Assembly: GCA_951406725.2 (NCBI GenBank) | Contig: OX597817.1 | Location: 170,624,001-170,688,000 of the forward strand | DNA from: Octopus vulgaris | Lineage: Eukaryota | DNA length: 64,000 nucleotides | Direction: 5' to 3' | Translations under genes and position numbers: made by a program | The notes under the pieces: model-generated | The model's database searches: none | The model's input: only the letters and a program-made list of their open reading frames with translations | Told to the model about the DNA's origin: nothing | Shown: in pieces, positions 52,379 to 64,000 of the stretch | Layout of the letters: each line of letters opens with the position of its first letter | Position numbering within the stretch: position 1 is the first letter of the stretch

Positions 52379-55141
52379 ATACATATGTATGTATGTATGT
52401 GTGTATGTGTGTATGTCATTATTCAGTCTAATTTCAAGATTTTTTGCCAAAAGAGAAAGAGCTGGTTTCTAACTAAGATCCAAAGCTCCTTCAGTGGAAT
52501 TTCAACAAAATAAACAGGACATTTTTTGCATGTATGTGTGTATATGTGCAGATTTCTATGTTTCGTTTAATGTATGTATTTTCATACATATACTTATATG
52601 TCTACACATGTAAATATATACTTAAATGATAAATTTCTGAAGTTTTACAGATTTTTACAGTTCCATGTATGTATGTACATATGGATGGATGGATGGATGG
52701 ATGCATGCATGAATGTATGTATGTTCTTGGTTTCACCTTTCGAATTATTTCTCACTAATGGAGAGAGAGCTAGAAACAAAAACACTTCCATAGAAATTTA
52801 GACACCATCAGATAAGCTTATCTGTTTCTTTACTACCCACAAGGGGCTAAACACAAAGGGGACAAACAAGGACAGGCAAACAGATTAAGTCGATTACATC
52901 GACCCCAGTGTGTAACTGGTACTTAATTTATCGACCCCAAAAGGATGAAAGGCAAAGTCGACCTCAGCGGAATTTGAACTCAGAATGTAATGGCAGACGA
53001 AATACAGCTACACATTTCGCCTGGTGTGCTAACGGTTCAGCCAGCTCGCCGCCTTAGATAGGCTAATCTTCGGTACATGTACACACATGTATGTATAAAC
53101 ATATATATATATGTGCACAAGCAAAAATGGGAAGGGCATTACAGTTGTGGATCATATTATATACTGAACTTTGAGGATGTTTTACATACTTTGACAGGAC
53201 TGTTGGCAGCTTGCTGCTGTAATCTTCTGATTAGTTGCATTCTTTTTGGTTTTGTGAATCTCAGCATCTCAAGATTGGTGCTGAGGCCGTTAGCCATGCA
53301 GCCAAGTACTTCAATAATTATTGAAATAATTTTAAGTTATAGTCTGAATAGAATACTTGCAGATTCTTCATTATTGGTGGTGAGCTGGCAAAAACATTAG
53401 CACGCCAGGTGAAATGCTTAGCGGTATTTCATCTGCCACTACATTCTGAGTTCAAATTCCACTGAGGTCGACTTTGCCTTTCATCCTTTTGGGGTCGATT
53501 AAATAAGTACCAGTTACGCACTGGGGTCGATATAATCAACTTAATCCATTTGTCTGTCCTTGTTTGTCCCCTCTGTGTGTAGCCCCTTGTGGGTAGTAAA
53601 GAAATAGGTATTTCATCTGCTGCTGCGTTCTAAGTTCAAATTCCGCTGAGGTTGACTTTGCCTTTCATCCTTTCGGGGTCGATTAAATAAGTACCAGTTA
53701 TGCACTGGGGTCGATATAATCGACTTAATCTGTCTGTCCTTGTCTGTCCCCTCTGTGTGTAGCCCCTTGTGGGCAGTAAAGAAATAAGATTCTTCATCAG
53801 TTTACTATAAATGTCTTCATTTGCATTATGTTGACATCTGCAGGGAAATTGATTTCAACTTCTGTGCATTGGTTCTTTACTTTGTGCCATATCATTATGT
53901 CTGATCTGTTGTGCTTGCATTATATTGAAGTCTTTTCAAGGACAAAAGTCTTTGAAATCACCTGTAGTTACATGCTCTGCATCAACGTAGCTTCTTATAT
54001 TTGTCACTTCAGGATTTTCCATTCCACATATTTCATTACACAGTGTTCTAGTCACATTTCATAAATAGGTAATATTGTGAGGACATTTTCAGGAAGCTAT
54101 CCATTTATGATGTGGGTGACATCTCTGATATTGATTCAACAAAGCCTGCATCGGTTGTCACATCTAAGTGGTTTATCTGCATCCCTATCCTTTTTATATA
54201 TCAGTTTTGTGGTCATTTCCTGCTCTTGATTTGCAAAAATCATATCCTTGAAAACGGGAAGTAATATCTGGTTATGAGTCAAGATTAGACTACCCTGGAT
54301 GTCAATGCTGCTATCACTTTGAAGCCTTCCAGAAATAGAGGTTTCAAATATTGGCACAAGGCCACTAAGTTTCAGGGGAGGGGTAAGTCATTACATCAAC
54401 CCCAGTGCTCAACTGGTACTTATTTTATCAATCTCGAAAGGATGAAAGACAAAGTCAACCTTGGAAGCATTTGAACTCAGAACATAACAATAAATGAAAT
54501 GCTGCTACATATTTTGCCTGGCATGCTAATAGTTCTGCCATCGTGCTGGGTTAAACTTTCCAGAAATATTGCCATGCATAAACTCCTGTTGGTTTTTATG
54601 CAACCATTCTTCAGATCACTTGTTGCAGTAGAGTCGTGCAGCTAAGGTGGTGAGCTGGCAGAAACATTAGCATACCGGGCGAAATGCTTAGCGGTATTTC
54701 ATCTGTCATTATGTTCTGAGTTCAAATTCCACCAGGGTCGACTTTGCCTTTCATCCTTTCGAAGTCGATAAGTTAAGTACCAGTTACGCATTGGGGTCGA
54801 TGTAATCGACTTTAATCCCTTTGTTTGTCCTTGTTTGTCCTCTCTATGTTTAGCTCCTTGTGGGCAATAAAGAAATAAGAGTTGTGGAGCTTTTCTGGGT
54901 GTATGTCTTAAATCATTCATCAGGGAATACTCTCTGAGAAACTCCTTTCTAAGTCTTATGATAATACCTGCTACATGTATGCAGATTTGATCCATGACAA
55001 GACTTCAACATTTGATGGTTCGTAGATGTTGTGGAAGGGATATGACACAACAATCAAAGTTGCATATACTGCCTCAGTATATGCAACTATAATAATAATG
55101 ATAATAATAATAATGATAATAATAATAGTAATAATAATAAT

Positions 55142-55693
55142 AAATGCCCTGATGCAGTACCAGGCAGTGGCTCTCATGGCTTCTGATCTTAACTGATTGG
55201 AAGTGTTATCATGTACATTGTTTTGTCTTGGTATAAAAGATGGGCTACAGCAAATATTCTGCTCAATACCACAGATTTGCTTGTCAGTTGTTTGACCAGT
55301 TGAGCATGTCCCTTAGTGGCTGATGATATGTGCATCTCTGATCACGAGCAGAAGTAGTGGGGGAGCATCATAGCCATGTGTTGAGAGGGATTCTTTGGGG
55401 TTTGAATAGTTCACCTCTGGAAACATGGGTGGTTCTTTCAACATCCTTAAACAACCCTTATTCAGGGACCGTTTAAGCGGGATGGGCTACTCAACCTGAA
55501 GAAAATTCTAACTGGGCCCCACCTGCAAGGTCATGTGCTGTTTATCTTGATATGAGATCACCATGTCGCGCACATATGGTTGTGATGCATGTGCCTGGTG
55601 TACCCTTATCAGACGGGTAGTCATGATGGGTATATTGGGCTTCGTATATTTTACCCCAGTGTCACTTTGATGGCATGAACTGCTCTCTCACTC
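55142..55693. mobile_element. Non-coding insertion within (TAA)n
   Basis: About 550 bp of complex sequence with sharp (TAA)n boundaries on both sides and no ORF. Confidence 0.6.
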
Positions 55694-55741
<48 letters not shown>

Positions 55742-56795
55742 CCTTCCTACTAAAGGTAGAAGGCTTGAAATTTTGGGGGATGGGACTAGTCAATTACATT
55801 GACTCCAGTGTTTCACTGGTACTTAATTTATTGACCCAAAAAAGATAAAAGGCAAAGTTGGCCTCAGCGGAATCTGAACTCAGAATGTAAAGACAGACAA
55901 AATGCCACTAAGCATTTCTCCTGGCATGCTAATGATTCTACCAACTCACTGCCTTAACTATCATAATAATAACAGTTGGGTGCTGGTGCAGTCCACTCTC
56001 CTCTCAGCTGTCACATCTTGAATGTTCCACAGGGTCAATGAATGATGAGGTGAAGGGTGATGGTGCCATGAGAAGTACCTATGTCTGCTAGTGACTACAC
56101 AAAGCACCTAAGGCTACCAGTGAAAGCATGGTACATGTTACCATGCTATACTTATTCATGAATAATGGCTAATTGTACTTTATATGTGTATTCTTGTTTA
56201 CATGTATGTCTGAATATAAGTGAAGTGTGTACATACATATGTACATATGCTTGTGAGTGGGTATATATATTCTTTTACTCTTTTACTCTTTTACTTGTTT
56301 CAGTCAGTTGACTGCGGCCATGCTGGAGCACCGCCTTTAGTCGAGCAACTCGACCCCGGGACTTATTCTTTGTAAGCCCAGTACTTATTCTATCGGTCTC
56401 CTTTGCCGAACTGCTAAGTGACGGGGACGTAAACACACCAGCATCGGTTGTCAAGCAATGCTAGGGGGACAAACACAGACACACAAACATACACGCACAC
56501 ACATATATATATATACATATATACGACGGGCTTCTTTCAGTTTCCGTCTACCAAATCCACTCACAAGGCTTTGGTCGGCCCAAGGCTATAGTAGAAGACA
56601 CTTGCCCAAGGTGCCACGCAGTGGGACTGAACCCGGAACCATGTGGTTGGTTAGCAAGCTACTTACCACACAGCCACTATACACAAATGCACAAACTTTA
56701 TATAATATATGGTAAAGGCCTTCACCGGTAATTAATATAGGCTGCTCTACTTCTTAGACTGTGCTTCTTCTCCAGATTTATGTTTTTCTAAAAAA

Positions 56796-56848
<53 letters not shown>

Positions 56849-56925
56849 CATGTGTGTTTGTATAGAAATATGTGTGTATATTAGTGCATATGTATGAATG
56901 AATATATGTATGTTGCTGCATATGC

Positions 56926-56967
<42 letters not shown>

Positions 56968-57335
56968 ATATGTATTCATATATATATGGAAACTGATTAT
57001 CTTTATGAAAAGAATTTCGATTTATTTTCTTTTACAATTTTGGCTCTGTGTGGTAAACATTCGATTTTAATTAATTAATTTAAGTTTTTGCAGTAATACA
57101 GGTTTACCACAGCCTTCACACATTCTCTGTATGTCTGCAACAAGCTTTTAAGATTTCTCCCCAAATTAATAATTAATAAGTGCTATTGAGATAATCAACA
57201 CAGAATTCAAAATTGAATTTTCAAAATAAAAAGAAAATGTGTTGTCTACTTTATGATGTGTATCTATGTATGCATGTGTGCTGTGTATATGTGTGAGTGT
57301 GTATGTATGTACATGTATGTATATATGTGTGAGTG

Positions 57336-57372
<37 letters not shown>

Positions 57373-57592
57373 AGAGAGAGACGGTGAGAGATACATATAT
57401 ATGTGTGTGTTCATATACAAAATATATATACATATAGATATATATATGTATATATGTGTGTGTTTGCTTGTATGTAGGTGTGTATACAAATATGTCTCTC
57501 TCTCTCTCTCTCTCCCACTTTCTCCCCTCTCTCTCTCCCTTCCTCTCTCCCTCTCTCTCCCTTCCTCTCCCCTCTCTCTCTCTTTCTTTCTT

Positions 57593-57785
<193 letters not shown>

Positions 57786-58546
57786 GATTACATGTATATG
57801 AGAGCATATTATGTTTGTATACCTGAACATAAATACATGTTTGTGTATGTGCACATGTGTATACAATTGTCTGTACAGGTGTATGTATGTGAATATTTAT
57901 ATATGCAATACATGGGCATGTGTATGCATATTTGTATTAGAATAGGTTTGCAGTGTATGAAATATATGTAAGTCGTTTTTTTTTGATAATTAAATTCTCC
58001 ATAGAAACAAAGTAATGGTCTAATAAAAAAAAAAAACGTATCCTTTGTTCTTTTAGTAATTTCAGCCAATGTTTTGTGGACATATTAGGGCCCCATCATA
58101 CTGTCTGTGTAACTTAAATATCATCTGTTTTAGGAAAATATATTGAATATTTTAATATGTCTGACATAGTTTATCGTTGTTATTTTCAGTGTTATTACTG
58201 TTATTTTTACCCCTCAGGTCAACTCTGACAGAGATCTACAATGAAAGATGTTTCAGTTGAAATCATATACACTCTCTTTTTCTCTCTCTTTTATTTGTTT
58301 CAGTCATTTGACTGTGGCCAAGCTGGAGCACCGCCTTTAGTTGAGCAAATAGACCCCAGGACTTATTCTTTCGAAGCCTTGTACTTATTCTATTGGTCTC
58401 TTTTGCCGAACCGCTAAATTACGGGGACGTAGACACACCAGCATCGGTTGTCAAGCAATGTTGGGGGGGACAAACACAGACACACAAACATATATGTATA
58501 TATATACATACATATATGTATATATATACATACATATATACATATA

Positions 58547-58589
<43 letters not shown>

Positions 58590-59149
58590 TAGGCTTCTTT
58601 CAGTTTTCGTCTACCAAATCCACTCACAAGGCTTTGGTCGGCCTGAGGCTATAGTAGAAGACACTTGCCCAAGGTGCCAGGCAGTGGGACTGAACCCGGA
58701 AACATGTGGTTGGTAAGCATACTGTTTTACTTATTTAAGAATTTTTTGTGTATATCATATATATAGATGATAAATATTTGAAGCCAAGCCTATCTGAGTT
58801 GAGAGTTGCAGTTTCTCATTCCTGATCTTTACATTAGTGCTGTCATTATCATGATCATCATGATCATCATCGTTGCCATCGTTGTTTAACATCCATCTTC
58901 CATGCACACATGGGTAGGATGCTTCACAGGAGCTGGCCAGCTAGAAAAAACTGCCCTATGTTACTTTGTCTGTTATATATATACATTATTACAGCTAGGG
59001 CCTTCTTAACGACATTTTAGGCCCCTGGGCAAATCTGTGATCTGGGCCTTATAGCATTTATTTATTGACTGCAGCTCACAATACAAATAGATCAGAATTG
59101 GGCCCCTAAACCCCTGAGCTCATGTATTGTGCCCATGTATTAATACAGC

Positions 59150-60075
59150 AGTAATTACAGCCATTTGTGTGGCATAAGAGGCAATAGATGTGGTGTGCAA
59201 GAGAGATGAATGCACTGGTATGGTCATGTGATGTGTATGGATGAGGATAGCTGTTTAAAGAAGTGCCAATCCCTAACTGTAGAGGGAACCTGTGGTAGAG
59301 GTAGGCCCAGGAAGACATGGGATTAGGTGGTGCAGCATGATCTCTGAACTTTGGGCCTCACAGACACAATGACTAGTGACTGAGTCCTTTGGCGATATGC
59401 TGTGCTTGAGAAAACCCATCAAGTCAAGTGAAATCACAGTTGTGGATGATGCTGGTGTCACGTAACTGGCAACCATGCAGGTTGCATGTAAAGAGCACTT
59501 TTCACGTAGTGAGCCTCACAGAGGCAAAGTGGTTGAGCTCCTTTCAAATGCTGGGCCTCACAGAGACAATGATCAAGATCTTTGGAATTATGTTGTACTT
59601 GAGAAGACCCATCAAGTCAAGTAAAATTTTAGTTGTGGCAGAACCGGTATAATGGAAATGGCACCTGTGCCAGTGGAATGTAAAAGCACCGTTTGAGCAT
59701 TGGGCCTCACGGAGGCAAGGACCAAGACCATCTGGCATTAAGCTGGCCTTCGAGCATTGGGTCTCACAGAGGCAATGACGGAATCCATTTGGCATGATGC
59801 CGTGCTTGAAAAGAAGACCCATCAAGCCAGGTAAAACCGCAGAATGGCAGATACTGGTGTCACGCAAATGTTCCCCGTGCTGTTGGCACGTAAAAGCACC
59901 CATTAACTCTCGGAGTGGTTGGCGTTAGGAAGGGCATCCAGCTACAAAAACTATGTGAAAACAGACTGGAGTCTGATGCAGCCTTCCAGCTTGCCAGTCC
60001 TGATCAATCTGTCCAACCCATGCCAGCATGGACAACGGACAGTAAATGATGATGATGAAGATGATGATGATGGTG
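59150..60075 (+). mobile_element. RTE 3' end with internally reiterated 3' UTR
   Basis: WYGHVMCMDEDSCLKKCQSLTVEGTCGRGRPRKTWD then repeated GGGCCTCACAGA(G/C)GCAATGAC..GCTTGAGAAGACCCATCAAG units and family R tail. Confidence 0.85.
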
Positions 60076-60208
60076 ATTCATTTGGAGGTGAAAGCATATG
60101 GCTTAGTGGGTCCAACCCATGCCAGCATGGACAACGGACAGTAAATGATGATGATGAAGATGATGATGATGGTGATTCATTTGGAGGTGAAAGCATATGG
60201 CTTAGTGG
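60011..60208. repeat. Exact 99-bp tandem duplication
   Basis: 60011-60109 equals 60110-60208. Confidence 0.9.
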
Positions 60209-60964
60209 TTAGGGTGTTGGATTCATGATAGTAAGATAGAAGTTTCAATTTCTGGACCAAGCAATACGTGTTCATGAACAAAACACTTCATTTCACTTTG
60301 CTCCAGTCCACTCTGCTGGCGAAAATGAGTAATCCTATGACAGACCAGTGTCCTGTCCAGAGGGGTATATATACACTCTGGAAACTGGGAAACAGGCCCT
60401 ATGAGTCTACATGACTCAGGAAGGATGTCTATCTTATCTAGTCATTTGGAGATAATATTTCTTATATACATGTTGTGTTTAAAAACATCCTAGAGGCAGC
60501 CAGAGAGAATGCCAGATTTGTTTTTGCTTCATAAAGTATTGTCACAGCCAGTTGCATGCTCAGACAAAATTTATCACTGCTGATACACAGGAAAACAGTG
60601 AATAAACAACCGCTGTTATTGTGAAAAACTGCTCAGCTGAATAAAAATCAATTATATGAAACAGAAAGAGTATTGGATAAAAATAATATTATATTATGGT
60701 TACATGATAGCCAAATTACCAAATCATTTTATGCATGAAATGGAAAGTAAAGTCTAGCAGTTATTAGAAAATGCTAACATGGATGTATGGTAAAACATTT
60801 GCCTCCCAACTACATGGTTCTAGTTTCAATCCCACTATGTGGGACTTTTGTTAAGTGTCTTCTACTATAGCCTTTGGCCAACCAATGCCTTGTGTGTGGA
60901 TTTATTATAAAGAAAATGAAAGAAGTATGTTATATACTTAATATATATATATATATAGTATGTT

Positions 60965-60997
<33 letters not shown>

Positions 60998-61398
60998 GTT
61001 TAACGTCCGTTTTCCGCGCTAGCACGGGTTGGACAGTTCGACCGGGGTCTGGGGAGCCAGGGGCTGCTCCAGGCTCCAGTCTGATCTGGCAGTGTTTCTA
61101 CAGCTGGATGCCCTTCCTAACGCCAACCACTCCGCGAGTGTAGTGGGTGCTTTTTACGTGCCACCTGCACAGGTGCCAGAGGGGTCTGGCATCGGCCATG
61201 ATTGGTTGGTGCTTTTTTATGTGCCACTGGCACAGAAGCCAGTCAAGGCGGTGCTGGCATCGGCCACGTTCGGATGGTGCTTTATATGTGCCACCGGCAC
61301 AGAAGCCATTCGTGCGGGGTTGGCATCGGTCACGTTCGGATGGTGCTTTTTATATATATATATAACATATATGATATATTATATATATATATATATAT

Positions 61399-61787
61399 AG
61401 CTATAATAAGTCTCTGAATGAGATGTAAACAGTAACTGCTCGACAACGTTTACATCCCATTCAGAGATTTATTATTGCTTGCCGACAGTTTTTCGAAATC
61501 AGTGATGGAAGTTACTGGAAAAACAATAAATAAATATTTGCAAACAGGTCTCCTTTCATCGAAAACCGGCGATTGCCGTACGCCGAAGACAGGCAAATAC
61601 CTAGAAACTGCAGTCCGTGCGTATCACTTAGGTTTACGAGAGAGGGATGACCTCCCTTTGCAAATACCATAAGGGCACAGAAAGTGTGCCTAAAGCTAGC
61701 TGGAGACGATGATCTCCTGGGGCTAAAAGCTACAGTAACACCCACCCTTAGTGGTTAGCCATATTGAGATGGCTAGTATACTTTACG

Positions 61788-61790
<3 letters not shown>
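61399..61790 (+). mobile_element. Structured hammerhead cassette in (TA)n
   Basis: 5' hairpin 61399-61430 / 61448-61479; hammerhead 61577-61621 CGTACG-CCGAAGA-cAGGcaaataCCTa-GAAAC-TGCA-GTC-CGTGCG; several 3' stem-loops. Confidence 0.85.
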
Positions 61791-61810
<20 letters not shown>

Positions 61811-61825
<15 letters not shown>

Positions 61826-61967
61826 AAATGAAGAAAATGCTGACAAAATAATTTAAGTAATTAAGTAATTTAATTAGGTGAAAGTTCTTTTTACCGGTTG
61901 CGCATTTGTTTACTTAAATTACTTAAATTATTTTGTCAGCATTTTCTTCATTTCCTTTTTTATATAT
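61811..61967. repeat. Fold-back inverted repeat in (TA)n, arms about 57 bp
   Basis: AAAAAAGGAAATGAAGAAAATGCTGACAAAATAATTTAAGTAA and its reverse complement; about 40-nt spacer. Confidence 0.9.
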
Positions 61968-61995
61968 CACAACTCGTGTTCCACATCTCCTTTTT

Positions 61996-62045
<50 letters not shown>

Positions 62046-62874
62046 ATAGGTTATACGTTTATAATTTGATTCTTAATCTTTAATTTTTGAGTCGATATAT
62101 TTATTGATAGAGTAAACTTTAGATTTTTAATTACTATATTTGTTGATAATAATTTAGTTATTATTTTTAAATATTTTATAATTGTTATATGTGAACTTAA
62201 ATCTAAAAATATGTATAGTGATTATTTTGTTAAATAATTTGGTAATTAGATATTGGACTATAACTGAGTTAATGATATTCCTGAGTTTATTATGTTTTTT
62301 TAAAGCCATATTATATCTTAATAGATAAATACATATTTCTATCTATTTTTTTACCTTAAAAATAAATATTTAACATAATATATAGGTTGCATGACATAAT
62401 CCTAATGTTTTAAGTTTCTAATTTAGATAATAAAGTTTTTTTTATAAGAAAAATTATTATTTTATTTATTTCTTCAAAAATATTGTTTAACTCTATTTGC
62501 TTATTTATTTAACTATTATCATTAACCTAAAGATTGACTATAATTTTAATTCGAATTTTCAATTGAATTTAAACTTAATTGTAATTCGAATTTAATTATA
62601 GCCATGAAATGTACGTAGTGTTTTTACTTATTATATTATATTTATCTTTTTTTATACTTTTTGGTTAATAAAAATTTTTTTTTTAATTTAAAAATTTAAA
62701 AAATATAAAAATTCAAAAATATAAAAATCAAAAAGTTAAAAAATTTCTAAATTTAAATTTTAAATTTTATATATATATTATATATTATATTAATTATATT
62801 TATATTTTTTGTTATTTATGTATTGGTTTATGTCTATCACTGCTTGACTTGCCTAATAGTGGTTTTATCTTTAA

Positions 62875-62926
<52 letters not shown>

Positions 62927-62947
62927 TATATATATATATACGAATAT

Positions 62948-63148
62948 AAAAAACCCACCTTTTATCAATTCAAAATGAACAATTAAATTACACCATCGAG
63001 AAAATTATACGTTTTATTATTATTTTTGCAATTTACTTATTCTTTACATTTTATTGTTATTGTAATTTTAACTTTTCTATTATGTGTAATTTTCTAGATG
63101 GTGTAATTTAATTGTTTATTTTGAATTGATAAAAGGTGGAGTTTTTTT
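62948..63148. repeat. Fold-back inverted repeat next to (TA)n, arms about 63 bp
   Basis: 62948-63010 versus 63084-63148. Confidence 0.9.
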
Positions 63149-63283
63149 CTAATTTTTTATATATATATTATATTGTGTGAAATTTGATTTAGTATTTCTA
63201 AATTGAATTTTTTTCCTTGTAAGTTTGGATTTTATTCCCTCAGATAATAATAATAGTATATATATATATATATATATACAGAA

Positions 63284-63635
63284 ATGGTAAATGGTTTACA
63301 GCACGAAAGAAATCACTGTAAACTTGCCAAAATAATATTTGGGATGCCTTTATCTCTACTAAGTATAGATGCAGATGTGTTACCTAAGATTAATTTTGAG
63401 GATCTGACCAAAGACTTTGCAATTCAAAAAATAGGAGGAAACTTTTCAAATATAAATAAAATGGTAGTATATAAAAATATACATTATTTTCCCTCTTACT
63501 GTTTTGTTTCGTTTTGGAAAATAAAAATTTATTTTATGGTTTGTTATTGTTTATATTTTGAATTACACAATCTTTTATGGGGGCACGAAAATCTTTTAAG
63601 TGCTTAGGGCCTCAATGGGTCTTAATCCTGCCCTG
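63284..63635 (+). mobile_element. hAT transposon 3' remnant
   Basis: LSLLSIDADVLPKINFEDLTKDFAIQK resembles the hAT dimerisation-domain end; terminus CTTAATCCTGCCCTG. A similar 5'-type end TAGGGCCTTCTTAA lies at about 58996. Confidence 0.7.
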
Positions 63636-64000
63636 GGTATGGGTCTGATGAATTAAGGACTGTATTATGCTCCAGTATCTGCTCTGGCATGGTTTCTCTG
63701 GTTGGATGCCCTTCCTGATGCCAACCACTTTACCCTGTGTACAGGATGTGTCCTTATGCTAGATAGTGGCTAAGGTGTGAGAAAAAGGTTTAGAGTAGAG
63801 CCCGTTCTTGTAGAGGGGATATATGGCTACTCACATTTATGGGAGGAAGTAAGAATGAATCAGTAGTATCTTCAAAGTGATAAACAGTAATGACAATGCT
63901 TCCAGGTGGCTCCCTCAAAGCACAAGGAGAGTAGTAGAGAGTTGGGGACAGAGAAGCAAGGAATATGTCTGGATGGGGATTTGCAAGAGTGTATGGATGG

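Noticed and set aside
52455-52503. Hammerhead-like CTGAAGG..GAAACCAGCTC on minus
   Set aside because: Position 9, stem III and stem I are all imperfect; too degenerate to count.
62040-62880. Mitochondrial insertion suggested by extreme AT content
   Set aside because: No recognisable mitochondrial gene, rRNA or tRNA motif.
58996-63635. Single 4.6-kb hAT element bounded by the two hAT-like ends
   Set aside because: No matching 8-bp target duplication; ends probably belong to separate remnants.

Overview
AT-rich, repeat-saturated eukaryotic DNA, intronic or intergenic, with no host exon I can support. The SINE repertoire and extreme (TA)n/(CATA)n/(CAT)n density suggest an octopus/coleoid cephalopod genome (inference). 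Most ORFs in the supplied track are microsatellite artefacts. Recognisable content: four SINE-like families; decayed RTE, CR1-group, R4/Dong-like and probable L1/Tx1-like LINE fragments; a Penelope-like element (PLE) with RT-tail and GIY-YIG; Tc1/mariner-superfamily, pogo, hAT and piggyBac-like DNA transposon remnants/MITEs; Helitron/Helentron-type non-autonomous elements; and a solo LTR. The main hidden signal is about 20 type I hammerhead-ribozyme motifs found by eye, roughly one per 3 kb, from many unrelated sequence families. They lie in short non-coding cassettes, mostly inside or beside (TA)n-type microsatellites, and often within long fold-back inverted repeats. Several show core variants, including compensatory U3:A8 and G3:C8 swaps. 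Coordinates were read by hand; decayed element boundaries are approximate.
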